Shown here piece by piece: positions 48,058 through 60,138 of a stretch of DNA of 64,000 nucleotides. Where the stretch lies: positions 2,146,747 to 2,210,746 of the forward strand of contig SMSO01000037.1 in assembly GCA_004764695.1 (NCBI GenBank). The letters run 5' to 3'. The position numbers were made by a program, and so were the translations under genes. The first letter of the stretch is position 1; the number at the start of each line of letters is the position of its first letter. The DNA comes from Schizochytrium sp. TIO01. Its lineage: Eukaryota > Protista > Bigyra: Labyrinthulomycetes. The notes below the pieces were generated by a model. That model did no database searches, was not told the origin of the DNA, and was given only the letters and a program-made list of their open reading frames with translations.

Positions 48058-49345
48058 CTTTCACGTTTGTTCTCTTTCTCTCAACACGTCGATGAGCAGA
48101 GCTAATCGCTACGGTAGGAGTGAGCAAGTAACGTTCGTAGCCAAACAGTGGTCTCCCCCCCCAAAAAACCTGTTGTGATGCGTAACCACTGAGGCCGAGC
48201 TGTTTGTCACTCCTCCCTCGTTTGGAGGCAGGACTGCCTGCAATTAGAGTTATGCAATTATCGTGGTACGACCAAGCTCTGGTACCGGCTTGGGCGTGTG
48301 CTTTTGTTTACACCTGCCACCTACTTAAATTATTTGCATACCCTTAGCTTGAGTGTTTGACAAGTTAAAATTTTAATCTTAGTACTTCTGAGAGTGAATA
48401 TTATGGAAGTACAACTTAATAATTAACTAGCGTTACGCCCAGCATTGCAATGTATATGCACGACTTCTTCTAATCTATATATTCGCCAGTCGTTTCATCA
48501 CACAAGTTGAACTCAAGCATGGAGATTCCAGCATTAGATAAGCGCAATCCACTACACAGCTAGTGCTGTTCGGCTCCGACATCATGCCTTCACCACAATC
48601 TTTGCAAAGACCACTCGTTTCATCCATAAACATATTATTGCCACAGTAAATCATATCACATGCTACAACTTTTCAAAGTAAAAGGATAGGCAGCTAGCTA
48701 CCTAGTGCTAAGCGAATTGCAGATTGCCACTGACTTTTCTCAAGATTATTCGAAGAAGACAGCCTCTAGATCATTATTGTGGCACTTGGCTTGCTGAGGC
48801 TATATAGCAATCATTGCTCTCACTTCCCAGAGACTACTTCCGTCATCTCTGTTAATTGGGTCAAAACTCACTTAATTTATCGTTTTGTAGGAGGCAATTG
48901 TTTTTTTGTTCCCCCCCCCCCTTAATCTCGTTAAAAATAAGAACTCTATTACTATGGATATATAAGTGTTAGATAGTACACCTTGTAAGGTGTTGTAGAC
49001 TTAATTTTACCTAAGAGTGATGATGAAAATAGTCAGCCATGTTTAAGGCCAGATTCAGAAGAGCGCCAAGTCATTAGTTCGCGATTAGGACTTGCAGACC
49101 AAACTTGGCATCATCATGTCGTTATTGCTTTAATGAGGTAGCTTGTATCTCGGCTTTGGCATGAGATTTGTAAAATTACTGGTGGCGAGGCGAGATCCTG
49201 GTTTTATTTGCAAAAGTGCACAAGGCCAAGCGCTCAAAACAGGACAAATAAATAAGAGGACCTGATTTGCAAAGTTTCGATATCAGTATCAATTGCAAGA
49301 TAATTGGAGTAATAATATACATCAAAATTTCAGAAGGCTTGGTTT

Positions 49346-51145
49346 CTAGTTTTCGACAGTGGCAGGACTTGCCCGAAGGCTTTTACTTTCTTCAGGAGGA
49401 ATTGGCAAACTTTTATTGCTCTTAAGCACATCCTCTACTACGCTTTGAAGAGTTTCAACGTTTACGTGAACTCCGCGAAAGGGACTATCGGGCGAACCGG
49501 GTATAGCTACATGCAAAATATCGCCGCGTAGAAGGGAAAAATATTCAAAGTGCTCAGTCTCATCCATCTTCAATGGACGAATTTCTACCAAAGCAGTGTT
49601 AGGCCTGGCAAAAAGGACATGGCTAAGACCTGCACCATGAACACCGACAATGATGTCGGCAGATTGAACAGCTTCGATTTGCTCTTTGATCGACATGTTC
49701 TCAAAAGATACTATTTCGACTTGTACACCAGGCAAACTCTGTAACATTTGTGTTACTGCGAGCTTATTTCCTAGTTGGCGAGCGACACGGTGCCTCTCCA
49801 TACGGGGATGAGACTGGTATGGGACCCGCAGGACAAGAAGAATCTTTGTAATAGGATCAGAAAAGGCGATACTGCTGGAGCTTTTCGACAATTCATGCCT
49901 TTCTAGCACGAATTTGGCGAAATCCTTTACGTAAGGGCTACTTCTGCAATGCGCTGCACTTTTCATCGTCCAGTAGGAGAGAGCAGAACGATAACCCGGC
50001 GACACAAGATATGCGTCTTTAAAACACGTACTTGGCTGTATGGAGGAAATATATTTGGGGTCTGTTTTGAAGAGGTTACTCCACAAGTCATCAACAACAC
50101 TTTGACTGTGCCCATCCAGGAAAATGATGTTTACATTTTCTAGGTCGTATAAACGAATGGTTTGATAAGTATTGAAGAGATCTGTCATTGTATGGTATAG
50201 GTTGGCATACTCGTAACGCGTGATGAACAGTGTAGGTGTTTTTACAGTTTCACTGCACTCTGAGACAGGTGTGATTACTTTCACTGCATTTACAAAAGAA
50301 AATAAGTGATTGGGCAAAGCAAGCTGTGCTAGAGTTGGTTGTGACTGGGCTATGTTAGCGCCTGTACTTTCGCCATCTTTTGGTTGCGGATCTTCAGGCT
50401 GCTCGGGCGCCATTTTATTTATGGTACTAATGATTGATTCAGTACACTCTGGCACTTCGAAAGCTCCTGTCGTATAATCGCAAAATTCAGCTTCTTCTGA
50501 ACGGCCTTTCACATCATCAACAGGCTCGCCACCGTCCGCAACATTAATTAAATTAGTGTTAACATGCAGATTCTTGATTTTGCAAGTGACGGCTGTATTT
50601 GCATTGTTCTGAAGGCAGGTAAAAGCTTGGTTACACACATTGACAGAATCTCTGAATCCAGCAGGCCCAAAGGTTTCTGCACAAATTGCAGTCTCTTCTT
50701 TGACTAGTCCATCACTAGATGATTCCAAACCTGTAACAACATTGCTTGATGCTGAAGGTTGAGAATATGAGATGTACCCAAGTTTAACCCACTTAGATGT
50801 GGGCGTAGGGTGCTGAGATTGGTCTCTCGAGCATATGAAATATAATAATAAGAAGAATAAAGCCAAGATTAGAGCCTTGTCGAGGACTCTGAGGAGGATT
50901 CTTCGTTTATTCTCTTGTGCTTTCGGTGATGACTTTGTCAAGTCTGCCCTAATTTTGCTTATTTGCGTCTCTGCCTGTGCATAGAGTCCTCCTGAGGATA
51001 CCTTGGCAAGTTTCTCTTCGCCTAGCCACCCCATCGCTCTTGTGAAGGTGGTCTTGACCTTGTCACGCACGTTCTGCAAGGTGTTACTAAGGCGGCCCGT
51101 GTTAAGCGAGCGTGTGGCAATCGTAGGGGACTGCTCCATCGTCAT
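49346..51145 (-). CDS. GT61 (DUF563) glycosyltransferase, tandem paralogue
   Basis: Type II anchor; TRYEYANLYHTMTD, FLDGH, PYQSHPR, VGVHGAGLSH; colinear with 46228-48057. Confidence 0.85.
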   Translation of the reverse strand: MTMEQSPTIATRSLNTGRLSNTLQNVRDKVKTTFTRAMGWLGEEKLAKVSSGGLYAQAETQISKIRADLTKSSPKAQENKRRILLRVLDKALILALFFLLLYFICSRDQSQHPTPTSKWVKLGYISYSQPSASSNVVTGLESSSDGLVKEETAICAETFGPAGFRDSVNVCNQAFTCLQNNANTAVTCKIKNLHVNTNLINVADGGEPVDDVKGRSEEAEFCDYTTGAFEVPECTESIISTINKMAPEQPEDPQPKDGESTGANIAQSQPTLAQLALPNHLFSFVNAVKVITPVSECSETVKTPTLFITRYEYANLYHTMTDLFNTYQTIRLYDLENVNIIFLDGHSQSVVDDLWSNLFKTDPKYISSIQPSTCFKDAYLVSPGYRSALSYWTMKSAAHCRSSPYVKDFAKFVLERHELSKSSSSIAFSDPITKILLVLRVPYQSHPRMERHRVARQLGNKLAVTQMLQSLPGVQVEIVSFENMSIKEQIEAVQSADIIVGVHGAGLSHVLFARPNTALVEIRPLKMDETEHFEYFSLLRGDILHVAIPGSPDSPFRGVHVNVETLQSVVEDVLKSNKSLPIPPEESKSLRASPATVEN

Positions 51146-54100
51146 GGGAGGCCTGCACTAGAGTAGTCAGGTCCGCTGGTCTAGTTTTGGTTCTGGGCTT
51201 GGCTCCCATGCAATGTAATTCAATCGAGCTGGAAAGAGATGTCCACATTTACTCTATATTCAATTGTCTTAAGACTAGTTATTATAAATCATAATATTTC
51301 TATATCATCCACACTTAATAACACCTAGTGCCTCCTTTGCAAAACTTCAAACTTCCTTTAACAAGTTAGACTGAATGGCTCATTATATTACTCTTTTGAT
51401 TTGAGTTTTTACTAAAGCAAATGAACGTATTCATTGCCTTTGAGCAGTGAGTATGCGGATTCTTTTTCGTCTCTTTACCTATAGAAAAACAAAAGATCTG
51501 TTCGGGTTAATGTCGACGAGGCTTGAATGAGTACTGCCTCATAAAAACGAAGATTCTTGAGCACAAATTATAAATGTAGATGAACTAAAGATGTACTAGA
51601 TTTTTACATATATATATAAATTAAAAATATTTTACTCATTTAAAATAAATCTTTTAATATTAACCAATAAATGGTGCAAATAATTTATTGATCAAGTTTC
51701 CTCTAGACGGATATACTAGTTTCGTTCTTTTATTCTGAACGGGGAAACCCGAGAAAACAACAGCTCACAAGAGTTGAGCTCAGCAGAGCAAATAGAGAAT
51801 GATGCGCTTCATTCGCTACAACGTGATCCAAGGCGTCTAAAGACTCGGAGATTCCTCCTGAAATCTTTGCCACGACGTACGTCGGTACCTACTTTTAACG
51901 AGTTTCAATTTAGAATTATTTATTTATATAGAATAAAAATAAAAATACGCACCAATAAATAATCTTATTTATTTCAAGTTCAAGTTGCTCAAAAGACAAC
52001 GCTTTGGCGAGTACCTGTGTAATTTAAGCTCCATGGCGAGTGGGTGATGTCCTTCCCGATAATTTTTTCTAAGTGCTGACTGGACTAATACGAGTTTCAT
52101 GAGGACAGCCTTTCATGAAATTGAGGTCACTGTACTAGGGCCAGATACCGATAACTATAGCAGAGCTGTGCATATGCAAGCGTGCATGAGACTTCTTTTC
52201 ATTGGCGCTTGATCCTCATCTATTAATTGAAAAGCTAATAGTAAAAAAAAGAAAATGCACACAGACACGAGTGTAAACTTTTCAATCTCGGATACACACC
52301 AATACATGCACATCGTTCTTTGGTTGGGCTCAACAGAAACAACAAAACGCTAGATGGCGAGCTCAGCCCTAAGCCACCAGCGGTCAGTGCATTATAGCTG
52401 AGTTCGTCGCAGGTCTGGAGCATGTCCCCTGGCAGGTACACATGAAATCATGATTTTAGTGCATGCAGTTTATGGATTACATACTGGGACAGATACAGCG
52501 CGAGCGAGGGAGATCTTGGAGGTACCTAGGCCATCCTTAAGGCGCTCGATGCACATGTACCTGTGCCATACAAATTCAATCGGCCGCCTCGGTGGACAAA
52601 CAACCTAAGCAAAGCATACGTAATGAGCGATGTTTTGTTTTGGCCTGAGATTTCACCCGAGCAGCTGATTACCTCGGATTAGTGAGTGTGATGCGCATAT
52701 ATTCTACGAAGGCTTAGCCATTGGAATATTGGAATTGTGGTTGGGGTACAATAAAAACAGCTTTGAGGGTAAATTAGTTCTTTTGTTTCAATCTCCGATG
52801 ACGCGACTTTTGATGACAGCCAAAGAAGACGCATTGGTTCTTTAGTCTAGCCACACGTCTCCTTTCCCCTGTTACTTTAGTTTGAAGGCAGCTGAAAGTG
52901 CTTAGACTTTTTGTAGTTTGGTCAAATAAAGTTTGCTTTTCTTCTAACCATGTATTGATCGATTGGTGATGTAGCAAGTGCGATTGGGTTCTTCGATTAG
53001 CAATCCGTCACGAAAGCTCTCATTAACGTAGCTTGTTTGACAGAGAACCCTTCTTGAACTATGCTCACACTAGGTCGTTGAGCTTGTTGCGAGGAACTCG
53101 ACGGACTTCGCAGGAGACCTTTGAGCGTGTTTCTTTGAAGTAGGTACGTGGCCTTTAGTTCGTTTCCTGCTTCATCAAGTACGGGAGCAAGTTAGTGTCC
53201 TGCATCGATTGTGTGTAACTATTTTACATGAAAAACTTTCAGCACCCTCCTCGATTGTTTTCGGGCGAGCGAGAGAAGCACTAGCTTAAGTTTGAGTTTG
53301 TATTCAGGCAGCCAGCACATATGCAAAAGTCAAGAGAAAGCGCAAAGAGGAAAGGCGTTTTGACCCAAAGAATCGTATTTATTTATTTTAAATTTTAATT
53401 TTAATTCATATTTTGAAGTTCAGGAGTTGGTATCATTAGAACAAGATACTAATCCCGCCTGGAAATACATGAGCTTAGAACATACGTTTTCGTCATCAAT
53501 TAAATGCATGAGGGCTTTTCATTTGTTGGGCCCAGAGATGTTCTTGGCAACACCAAGAAACGGCCGTATTATTAATGGCTGTTTGGCCAAAGTGGAGAGA
53601 AAATCTAGTCAGTCATGATCGACCTTTGCAGTTTTTCAGACAAGGAAACAGACACCCCTGCTCTTGCTATTAGACCATCAGAATGGCCATGGGTAAGTAT
53701 TGATTAATGCATAAGTTCTGAAGTTTGTTTCTGACCAGAACCCACCTATACCACAACAACGATACATCGTCCTCACCGTTTCAGGCCTCTCCGTACTACC
53801 CTGGGTGGCCTATTTTGAGAACGCTGCTGGCTTTCACCTCAACTGATTGATTGAAATGCAGGCTCGGAAACGGAGCTGTTGTTCAGTCTTTGAGGCCTCC
53901 GTTTAAGATTTTGCCACATGACTCACATTGCAACTTCTTTCTGATAGTGCCAAAGTCTCGCTACTGGAATGCACGGGTAAGGTTTTAAAACTCTAGTCAA
54001 TATGGCGCAGTTTTCTAATTGTATCATTATGTGACACATGGCTATATGCGTTTGATGTTAGCTTTGGTGCCAGCGTACATAAATTTGTATGGTTCACTCC

Positions 54101-54465
54101 TTGGCTTTATGATGTTTGCAGTTTCGTGCTTTGTCGCAAGGCTACATTTTACTGGATCTTTCTATCTAGTCAATCGCACGTTCAAAAGACTGAAAGCCCA
54201 AAATACTTGAACAGATTCACACCCGAATATCTAAAAGCATTAGTGTTTCTGTTGTTTGTTAGTTTTTATGGCGGAACTGTAAGATAACCTGGGATTTGGA
54301 ATGCCTTCAGCAATGAAGATCTTTCGAGCCAAAGATAATTTGAGGCACGTGTTCGAGGAATTCGAATATTGACAAGAACTTTTGAAGTCTTCGAATTCAA
54401 AACCATTTTCCAATATCATTGTCCAATTCTAGTCGATATCAGAATTTGAATTTTTTGCTACACGG

Positions 54466-56445
54466 ATGGCGAACACTGGTTGTGATGCGGATCTTGACAC
54501 CACTGCGTCTGAGATCGCTGACGTCCTATGTCGCGCCGCTGTGGCGAGCCCTTCGTTCACATCAATAGCGTCTCTAGAGACCTCATTAGCACGCGTTTTT
54601 GAATTTGGCCATGAGCTCGTGCTTCGAAGGCCCTTTTCAGACGCTGTCCGGACTAGACTTCAAGATGCTTGCGGAACTCTAGCAACGCTGCATCGCGGTA
54701 GTACGCGCTGGCTTGCGTTGCGTGCTCTGACACGACTTGGGGACTGTACAAAAGCGCAATTTCGGCGTCTCATGAAAAACTTACTCCGGCAAGACGAGAC
54801 ACCAGATGTCCTTGTGATGCGATCTTTGGTGAGTATAATGCCAGTGACTTCCAGTGACGGGGAGATTTGCGCGCAGTTTCGTAGACCGCCGTGCGGAGAA
54901 GAGTTCGACAATAGGCTCTCGCAAAGCTCAGCAGGGTTTTGGGCGTCGGCATCCGAGTACCTCGAGCACTGTGCAGGCATATCATTAATGTTTCTTAAGG
55001 CTGGCGCAGAAGCCGTGCTGGAAGGTGTACACAAGGATCAAGTAAATGAGCAGGTTCATGTATTTTCACCATTGCAAGCAGATTTAGCACTCAGACTATA
55101 TAAAGCTGGGATACTAAACATAAGCAATCTACCAGATGAAAATGAAGAATTACCTATGCGTCTGGCATACTTGGTGTTGAGAAATTTGGGTTTCTGGTGG
55201 GGGCAACCATTGAACTTGGGCTCGATCAATGCAAAACACCATTCATTGCCTGCTTCTCTAAGGCCCTGCGATCTTTTGACTGCTCTCGAGGTACCTATCA
55301 GTGAAGATCTTGCAGCAATTTGTTTTGGCCTTTTAGCTTTGCATTTTACTCACTATCCGAGTTCTCAAATTCATGATTCAAAATCTCAATCATTTGTGTG
55401 CACAAACAGATCTGCATCCACATCGTCCTTTGGAGCGAGTAATCAAACTGCGCTCGAAATGGCTATTAATGGCAGTATAAAATATTTTTCACTGTCGGCT
55501 CTAGTTGGGATTTTGAGCAACGTGTCAGTGGTTCATACAGATCAGCATGGGTCACGCGAGCGCTGGGTGTGGCCCTTACTATGTCTTTTAAATGTTCTTG
55601 ACTCGCCAAAACATGGGTTTGTTCGTGATTTAGCAGCTCGGCTACCTGAATGCGCTGGATTACCTCTGCACGTGCAGCACTGGAGCAGTGCAGCGCGTCT
55701 GATTCCCGCAAGGTCCTGGAGTGAGATTCACAATTTTGCTCTAAAAGTACAGAGCCGAGACTGCTGGTTTATGGGTTGCTCGTCACAGGATGCTGAGATG
55801 CTGTCAGATGAAGCTCTGCGCCACGGGTATTTTGGACTTGCTGCAGCGCTCGAACTAGCATTTCCCGCAACTGTTGTTGTTTCCCAAACATGGCGCTCAG
55901 CCCTTCTACGTCAGACACATGTTGATATTTGCGTTGAGAAATTTGCTCTTTTGACCGCTCTCGTATGGAAAAATGTGTTACCAGAGTTTGAAGTCAAGCT
56001 TGATATATGTCATCAAGTTCCTTGGCAGCTTCGAACCGCACAGCTTAACTTTGCAGCTGCACTAGGGGCTGATAATGCAAAGTCTTTATCCCATATTGAC
56101 CTTTATCGTGTTTTAATCTACAGCACACAACATGAGGAACGGGAAGCAGCTTGTGCTTGTGTTTTGCGCTGCTTTCCTAACGTCGTTGGCTTGCAACATG
56201 CTGTTTTGACGAACATCCACTCTCCTTGGTGCAAACAATTATGTGACAATTTGAAATCTAACTTTGCTTCCGCTCAGGGGCATCAACAAGAGGGTTGGTT
56301 TACCTTTGTCGGAAGGTTTCACCACAGTTCAAGTAATGCTCACAAATTTACAACTTCACCTGAGCTTTGTCTCGTTCAACAATGCAGCTCTGCAGGAAAT
56401 CACAGCACATGTCTCCTTTTGCGATGGCAGCATAATGATCAGTGA
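54466..56445 (+). CDS. Hypothetical 659-aa protein, Leu/Ala-rich, probably helical
   Basis: Long ATG-initiated ORF; no motif recognised. Confidence 0.7.
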   Translation: MANTGCDADLDTTASEIADVLCRAAVASPSFTSIASLETSLARVFEFGHELVLRRPFSDAVRTRLQDACGTLATLHRGSTRWLALRALTRLGDCTKAQFRRLMKNLLRQDETPDVLVMRSLVSIMPVTSSDGEICAQFRRPPCGEEFDNRLSQSSAGFWASASEYLEHCAGISLMFLKAGAEAVLEGVHKDQVNEQVHVFSPLQADLALRLYKAGILNISNLPDENEELPMRLAYLVLRNLGFWWGQPLNLGSINAKHHSLPASLRPCDLLTALEVPISEDLAAICFGLLALHFTHYPSSQIHDSKSQSFVCTNRSASTSSFGASNQTALEMAINGSIKYFSLSALVGILSNVSVVHTDQHGSRERWVWPLLCLLNVLDSPKHGFVRDLAARLPECAGLPLHVQHWSSAARLIPARSWSEIHNFALKVQSRDCWFMGCSSQDAEMLSDEALRHGYFGLAAALELAFPATVVVSQTWRSALLRQTHVDICVEKFALLTALVWKNVLPEFEVKLDICHQVPWQLRTAQLNFAAALGADNAKSLSHIDLYRVLIYSTQHEEREAACACVLRCFPNVVGLQHAVLTNIHSPWCKQLCDNLKSNFASAQGHQQEGWFTFVGRFHHSSSNAHKFTTSPELCLVQQCSSAGNHSTCLLLRWQHNDQ

Positions 56446-56635
56446 TTTTTTATTCTTCATCTTTCTTTTCTAAAGTTTCTGCCGAAGCAAACGGGGAGTC
56501 CCATTCCACTTTAAGACTGCCCTCTTGACGTTTTGTTTGTAAATATTATAATCACCGTTCTCCTTTTAATGTAATAGTCATCTTTATAACTGATAAACTC
56601 AGATACAGATTCATCACGAAATGATAACTTGAAAT

Positions 56636-56651
56636 GCGGTCTTAGCTCAGG

Positions 56652-56684
<33 letters not shown>

Positions 56685-56708
56685 TGCGTTCGATCCGCGG
56701 AGACCGCA
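56636..56708 (+). tRNA. trnF-GAA: tRNA-Phe (GAA)
   Basis: Acceptor stem GCGGTCT/AGACCGC, D arm GCTC...GAGC, anticodon arm TCAGA-CTGAAGA-TCTGA (GAA at 56669-56671), T loop TTCGATC, T-run terminator just downstream, no encoded CCA. Confidence 0.97.
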
Positions 56709-57696
56709 ATCACGATTTATTTTTCCCCTTCTTCAATATTTAGTTTGGGTTAGATAGTTCTAATTACTATTACTTGAAGGGGGGCGATAGTTTTTCTCTG
56801 TTTTTGTTTTTAAAATAAAATAAAAGTTCAAAATTCCCACGTGCAATATTTAACAGATAGATACGAAGTATTAATAGTCAGCCTTGGGGTAAGAACATAT
56901 CTGATATTCGAACATAATAACAGAATAGATAGCGAAAGAGTCTCAGATGGTGATTTTGCCTTTGATTTACCCCTTAACAAACTCAATGTCACGAAATTAT
57001 TACAAATAAGGGAATTTTAAATTGATTAGAGAAGTGAAGTTTTGCATTGCTGGCTCTCAAAAAGCTAGTGAAAAGGCCGTTCACCAACTGATTATACTTT
57101 CTCTGGAAATTATTCTTGCATATTATCCCTAGCTGTGGTCCAAAATTTAAAGTATCTTTTGCTTTATTCAAATTGGCTGACTCTAAAATAAAGTTTAACG
57201 AACTCGACGTTTGAGCTAGGATGTCGAAGTCCTCCTACTTGGGCCAGTACGCGAATATGTTTGCAACTACTTGCGTGGCGCACCAAATGTTGATACCTTT
57301 TCAAAATATCCAACTTTTCTCTTAAAATCTCACACTTAAAAAAATAGGTTTAAAAAAATCACTGTCATAAGACCTAGGCTTACATACTTCAATTCTCAAT
57401 GGACAACCTTTCTTCTCTCGTCGGCCTCATAAAATCCTGGGGTTTGGAAATAATTATCAGCGGATGTAACTACACAAAGTAAAAATGGCCGGGAGTATAT
57501 CGTTGGTACAATATTGAGAAACCATAAGACTTGCAAACAAATATATTAAAGTTAAGGGGCTATATTATCATCAGTGGATGATATAACGCTAACGCTTGCA
57601 AATAAGGATAATTTAAACATCTGCATTTCTTGGGAAAGTCTCCACGATGTTAGTTATTATTATTTAGCTTTGATTGGCACCCTATTGTGCAGAGAT

Positions 57697-60138
57697 CTAA
57701 TCGCACTTTGCAAAAGCCTCTTTAATGTCGTTTTCATTGAGAAAGGTCACAGTAATGCCCAATGGATTGTAGGTAGGTGGGCTGGCGGCGCATTGCCACG
57801 AACGCTTCTGTAAATCTCCTAGAGACTGCAGCGCAGTGATAGTTCCTGAAAAGGGATTCTGACCCTGCTTACAGACGTCAGCAAAGACAACCGGGGTGTT
57901 GGGGAACTTTTGCAAGATAGCCCGCATACCTTCAGTCGGGCGACCAAGAGTTGGGCAATCGACAACAAGAGTTTTCTTGCCAGTCTCTTGAGCAATTTCG
58001 TGAGCTGCACGCAACGAGGTTGGTACACCATTGCCATAGGAAAAGATCATGAGATCCGGAACCATATCAATCTTGCTAGCTTCCTCTGTTGAAGTAACAT
58101 CGGTAGTTACAGGCTCAGTGCCAGCTTCGTTAGTGTAGGCGATAACAGTCTCGAAACCCAGAACACCATCAGACACCTCAGGGTAGCTGCGCAGCCAGTA
58201 TGTGTCCTCCTCAGAATAAAGACTACGGCGGTACAGAAGGTCCGTGGAGTCTACTGACATAACTACACGACCAGCATGTTTGGCCTGATAAAGAGCGTGG
58301 CGCATACCACGCGCATAGTCCCAACCGTTGGAATAGCACACGACATCAAGACCAGGTGGCAGGTGAAGCATGTTGTGGGTGTGAAAGTTGCCACCAAAGA
58401 CACCCTTGTCAAAACCTTGCAAGCGGATCAGCATACCATTTTTCTGCTTACCACCAGTGCACCAGTAAGTCATGGCAATCTCAAAGAACATATCGGCACC
58501 GCAGTCAAGGTATTTGGCATAGGGCATTTCAACAATTGGCAGCAAGCCAGATTGAGCATATCCAAGTCCAATGCCAAACACTGAGGTTTCATCGGGAGGC
58601 ACATCTTGAATTCTTTCGGGGAATTCCTTTGCAAGGTCGTCAGTGACGCGGTAGTAGCCACCATGGCGAACATCTTCTCCCACATAAACAGTCACTGGAT
58701 CTACCGTGAGGGCCTCACGAAAGACATTATTCATTTGGTTTCGCATAGGCTGCGGCTTGTTGCGGCGGATGGTGGGCGCATTCTCGAGACCCGGCAGCGG
58801 AGTGGACATATCAGCCAAAGGAGGCACAGTCTTCTCCATAACTTGCTCTCGCGTGGTAATCTTGGGTTCGCTAGATGCTTTCTCAAAGGAGGTCTCAATA
58901 AGCTTCTCAAGGTCATCCCACCACTCCAGTAATTCCCGAGGACTTTCCACTAGGCCAAGCTCGAGTGCTTGTGTGCAAGCCTGTTCCAGTGGGTTGGAGC
59001 TTTGCTTTGACTCAATCTCGGTCGAGTCCATGTAGTTGATCTGGCGATCAGTGGCAGCATGCCCGAAACGGCGAGTGAGCCCGTCGACAAGAAGAATTGC
59101 AGGCCGAGAGTATTTGCGAACATAACCAAATGCGTCTTCAGTGGTTTTCCAAAGGTGAGGAAGGTCCACGGTGCCAGCACCAGCACCAGATGTCTCGTAA
59201 ACAGGAATGCCGGCGGTTTTTAGAAAATTACGCAGATATCCATACCCACGGAGGGAAATGCAAAGATCGTTGTTAGAAATGACAATGAGTGCAGGCATTT
59301 TAAAACCGCGAAATTGGGCATATTTGCAGAGATTGAGGGAGGAGAGAAACATCGCGTTGTTAACAGAGCCGTCACCTAGACTTACAACACTGACGGCATT
59401 CCGAGAGAACCTAGGCTCTACACCCTTGCCGAGTAGACGTGGAGCAAGGCGAATGCCCATCGCTCGACCCATCGCAGCAGGGCACTGCGATGCCAGGGTA
59501 GACGTGACATAGAAATCATTCTTACCACCTCCAAGTGCACAATGGTGACCAGCTGTGACTGGGTCTAGTGTTGAGCAAGTAAATCCTCGAGCGCGATCAA
59601 GCATAACATCCTCCTCAGAACGTGTTTGAAATTGTCGGGTCAGCTGAACACCGACATGGCGGTAGTGGAGCGCAAATGGGTCCGTCTCCTTGCCAATGAG
59701 CCCAAGTACGCTCACTAACTCCTCGCCGCAGGGTCCAATCGTATAGAAGCCTTCGCTGATGTAAGAGGCAATCCTTGCCTCCACGTGTAGTAGAAATGTG
59801 CCAAGACTCGCACGCATCCAGATCCTGGCTTGGTCCTTAGTCAAACTTGACGGCACACCCGTCTGGCTTGGGCTCGGCGTACTAGGGACAGGAATTTCAC
59901 CATTTGCAAGTTGCTCAAGCCAAGCTCTAAATTGAGCACGTTGTTGTACTTCCGGTAGCTCCTCAAGCCTCTTTTGAGCTTCTGCTCTCTTTTCTGTGTA
60001 TCGCGAAGTGGAACTTGAAAACGACCGTATGCCAGTAGACCTCAAGGTTGTCGGAAACACACCATTTTGTGAAGGCCGGGACAGAAGCCACTTGAGGCTT
60101 GCCACTGTGGACGATTTCACGACTGCTGTCCGCGCCAT
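57697..60138 (-). CDS. Fused E1 alpha/beta 2-oxoacid (branched-chain-type) dehydrogenase with a putative mitochondrial presequence
   Basis: ALHYRH, STLASQ, TPP motif GDGS...NN, RRFGHA; beta part YVGEDV, PPDE, PIVEMPYAKY, GGNFH. The N-terminus is Ser/Arg-rich and lacks acidic residues. ATG at 60138. Confidence 0.9.
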   Translation of the reverse strand: MARTAVVKSSTVASLKWLLSRPSQNGVFPTTLRSTGIRSFSSSTSRYTEKRAEAQKRLEELPEVQQRAQFRAWLEQLANGEIPVPSTPSPSQTGVPSSLTKDQARIWMRASLGTFLLHVEARIASYISEGFYTIGPCGEELVSVLGLIGKETDPFALHYRHVGVQLTRQFQTRSEEDVMLDRARGFTCSTLDPVTAGHHCALGGGKNDFYVTSTLASQCPAAMGRAMGIRLAPRLLGKGVEPRFSRNAVSVVSLGDGSVNNAMFLSSLNLCKYAQFRGFKMPALIVISNNDLCISLRGYGYLRNFLKTAGIPVYETSGAGAGTVDLPHLWKTTEDAFGYVRKYSRPAILLVDGLTRRFGHAATDRQINYMDSTEIESKQSSNPLEQACTQALELGLVESPRELLEWWDDLEKLIETSFEKASSEPKITTREQVMEKTVPPLADMSTPLPGLENAPTIRRNKPQPMRNQMNNVFREALTVDPVTVYVGEDVRHGGYYRVTDDLAKEFPERIQDVPPDETSVFGIGLGYAQSGLLPIVEMPYAKYLDCGADMFFEIAMTYWCTGGKQKNGMLIRLQGFDKGVFGGNFHTHNMLHLPPGLDVVCYSNGWDYARGMRHALYQAKHAGRVVMSVDSTDLLYRRSLYSEEDTYWLRSYPEVSDGVLGFETVIAYTNEAGTEPVTTDVTSTEEASKIDMVPDLMIFSYGNGVPTSLRAAHEIAQETGKKTLVVDCPTLGRPTEGMRAILQKFPNTPVVFADVCKQGQNPFSGTITALQSLGDLQKRSWQCAASPPTYNPLGITVTFLNENDIKEAFAKCD

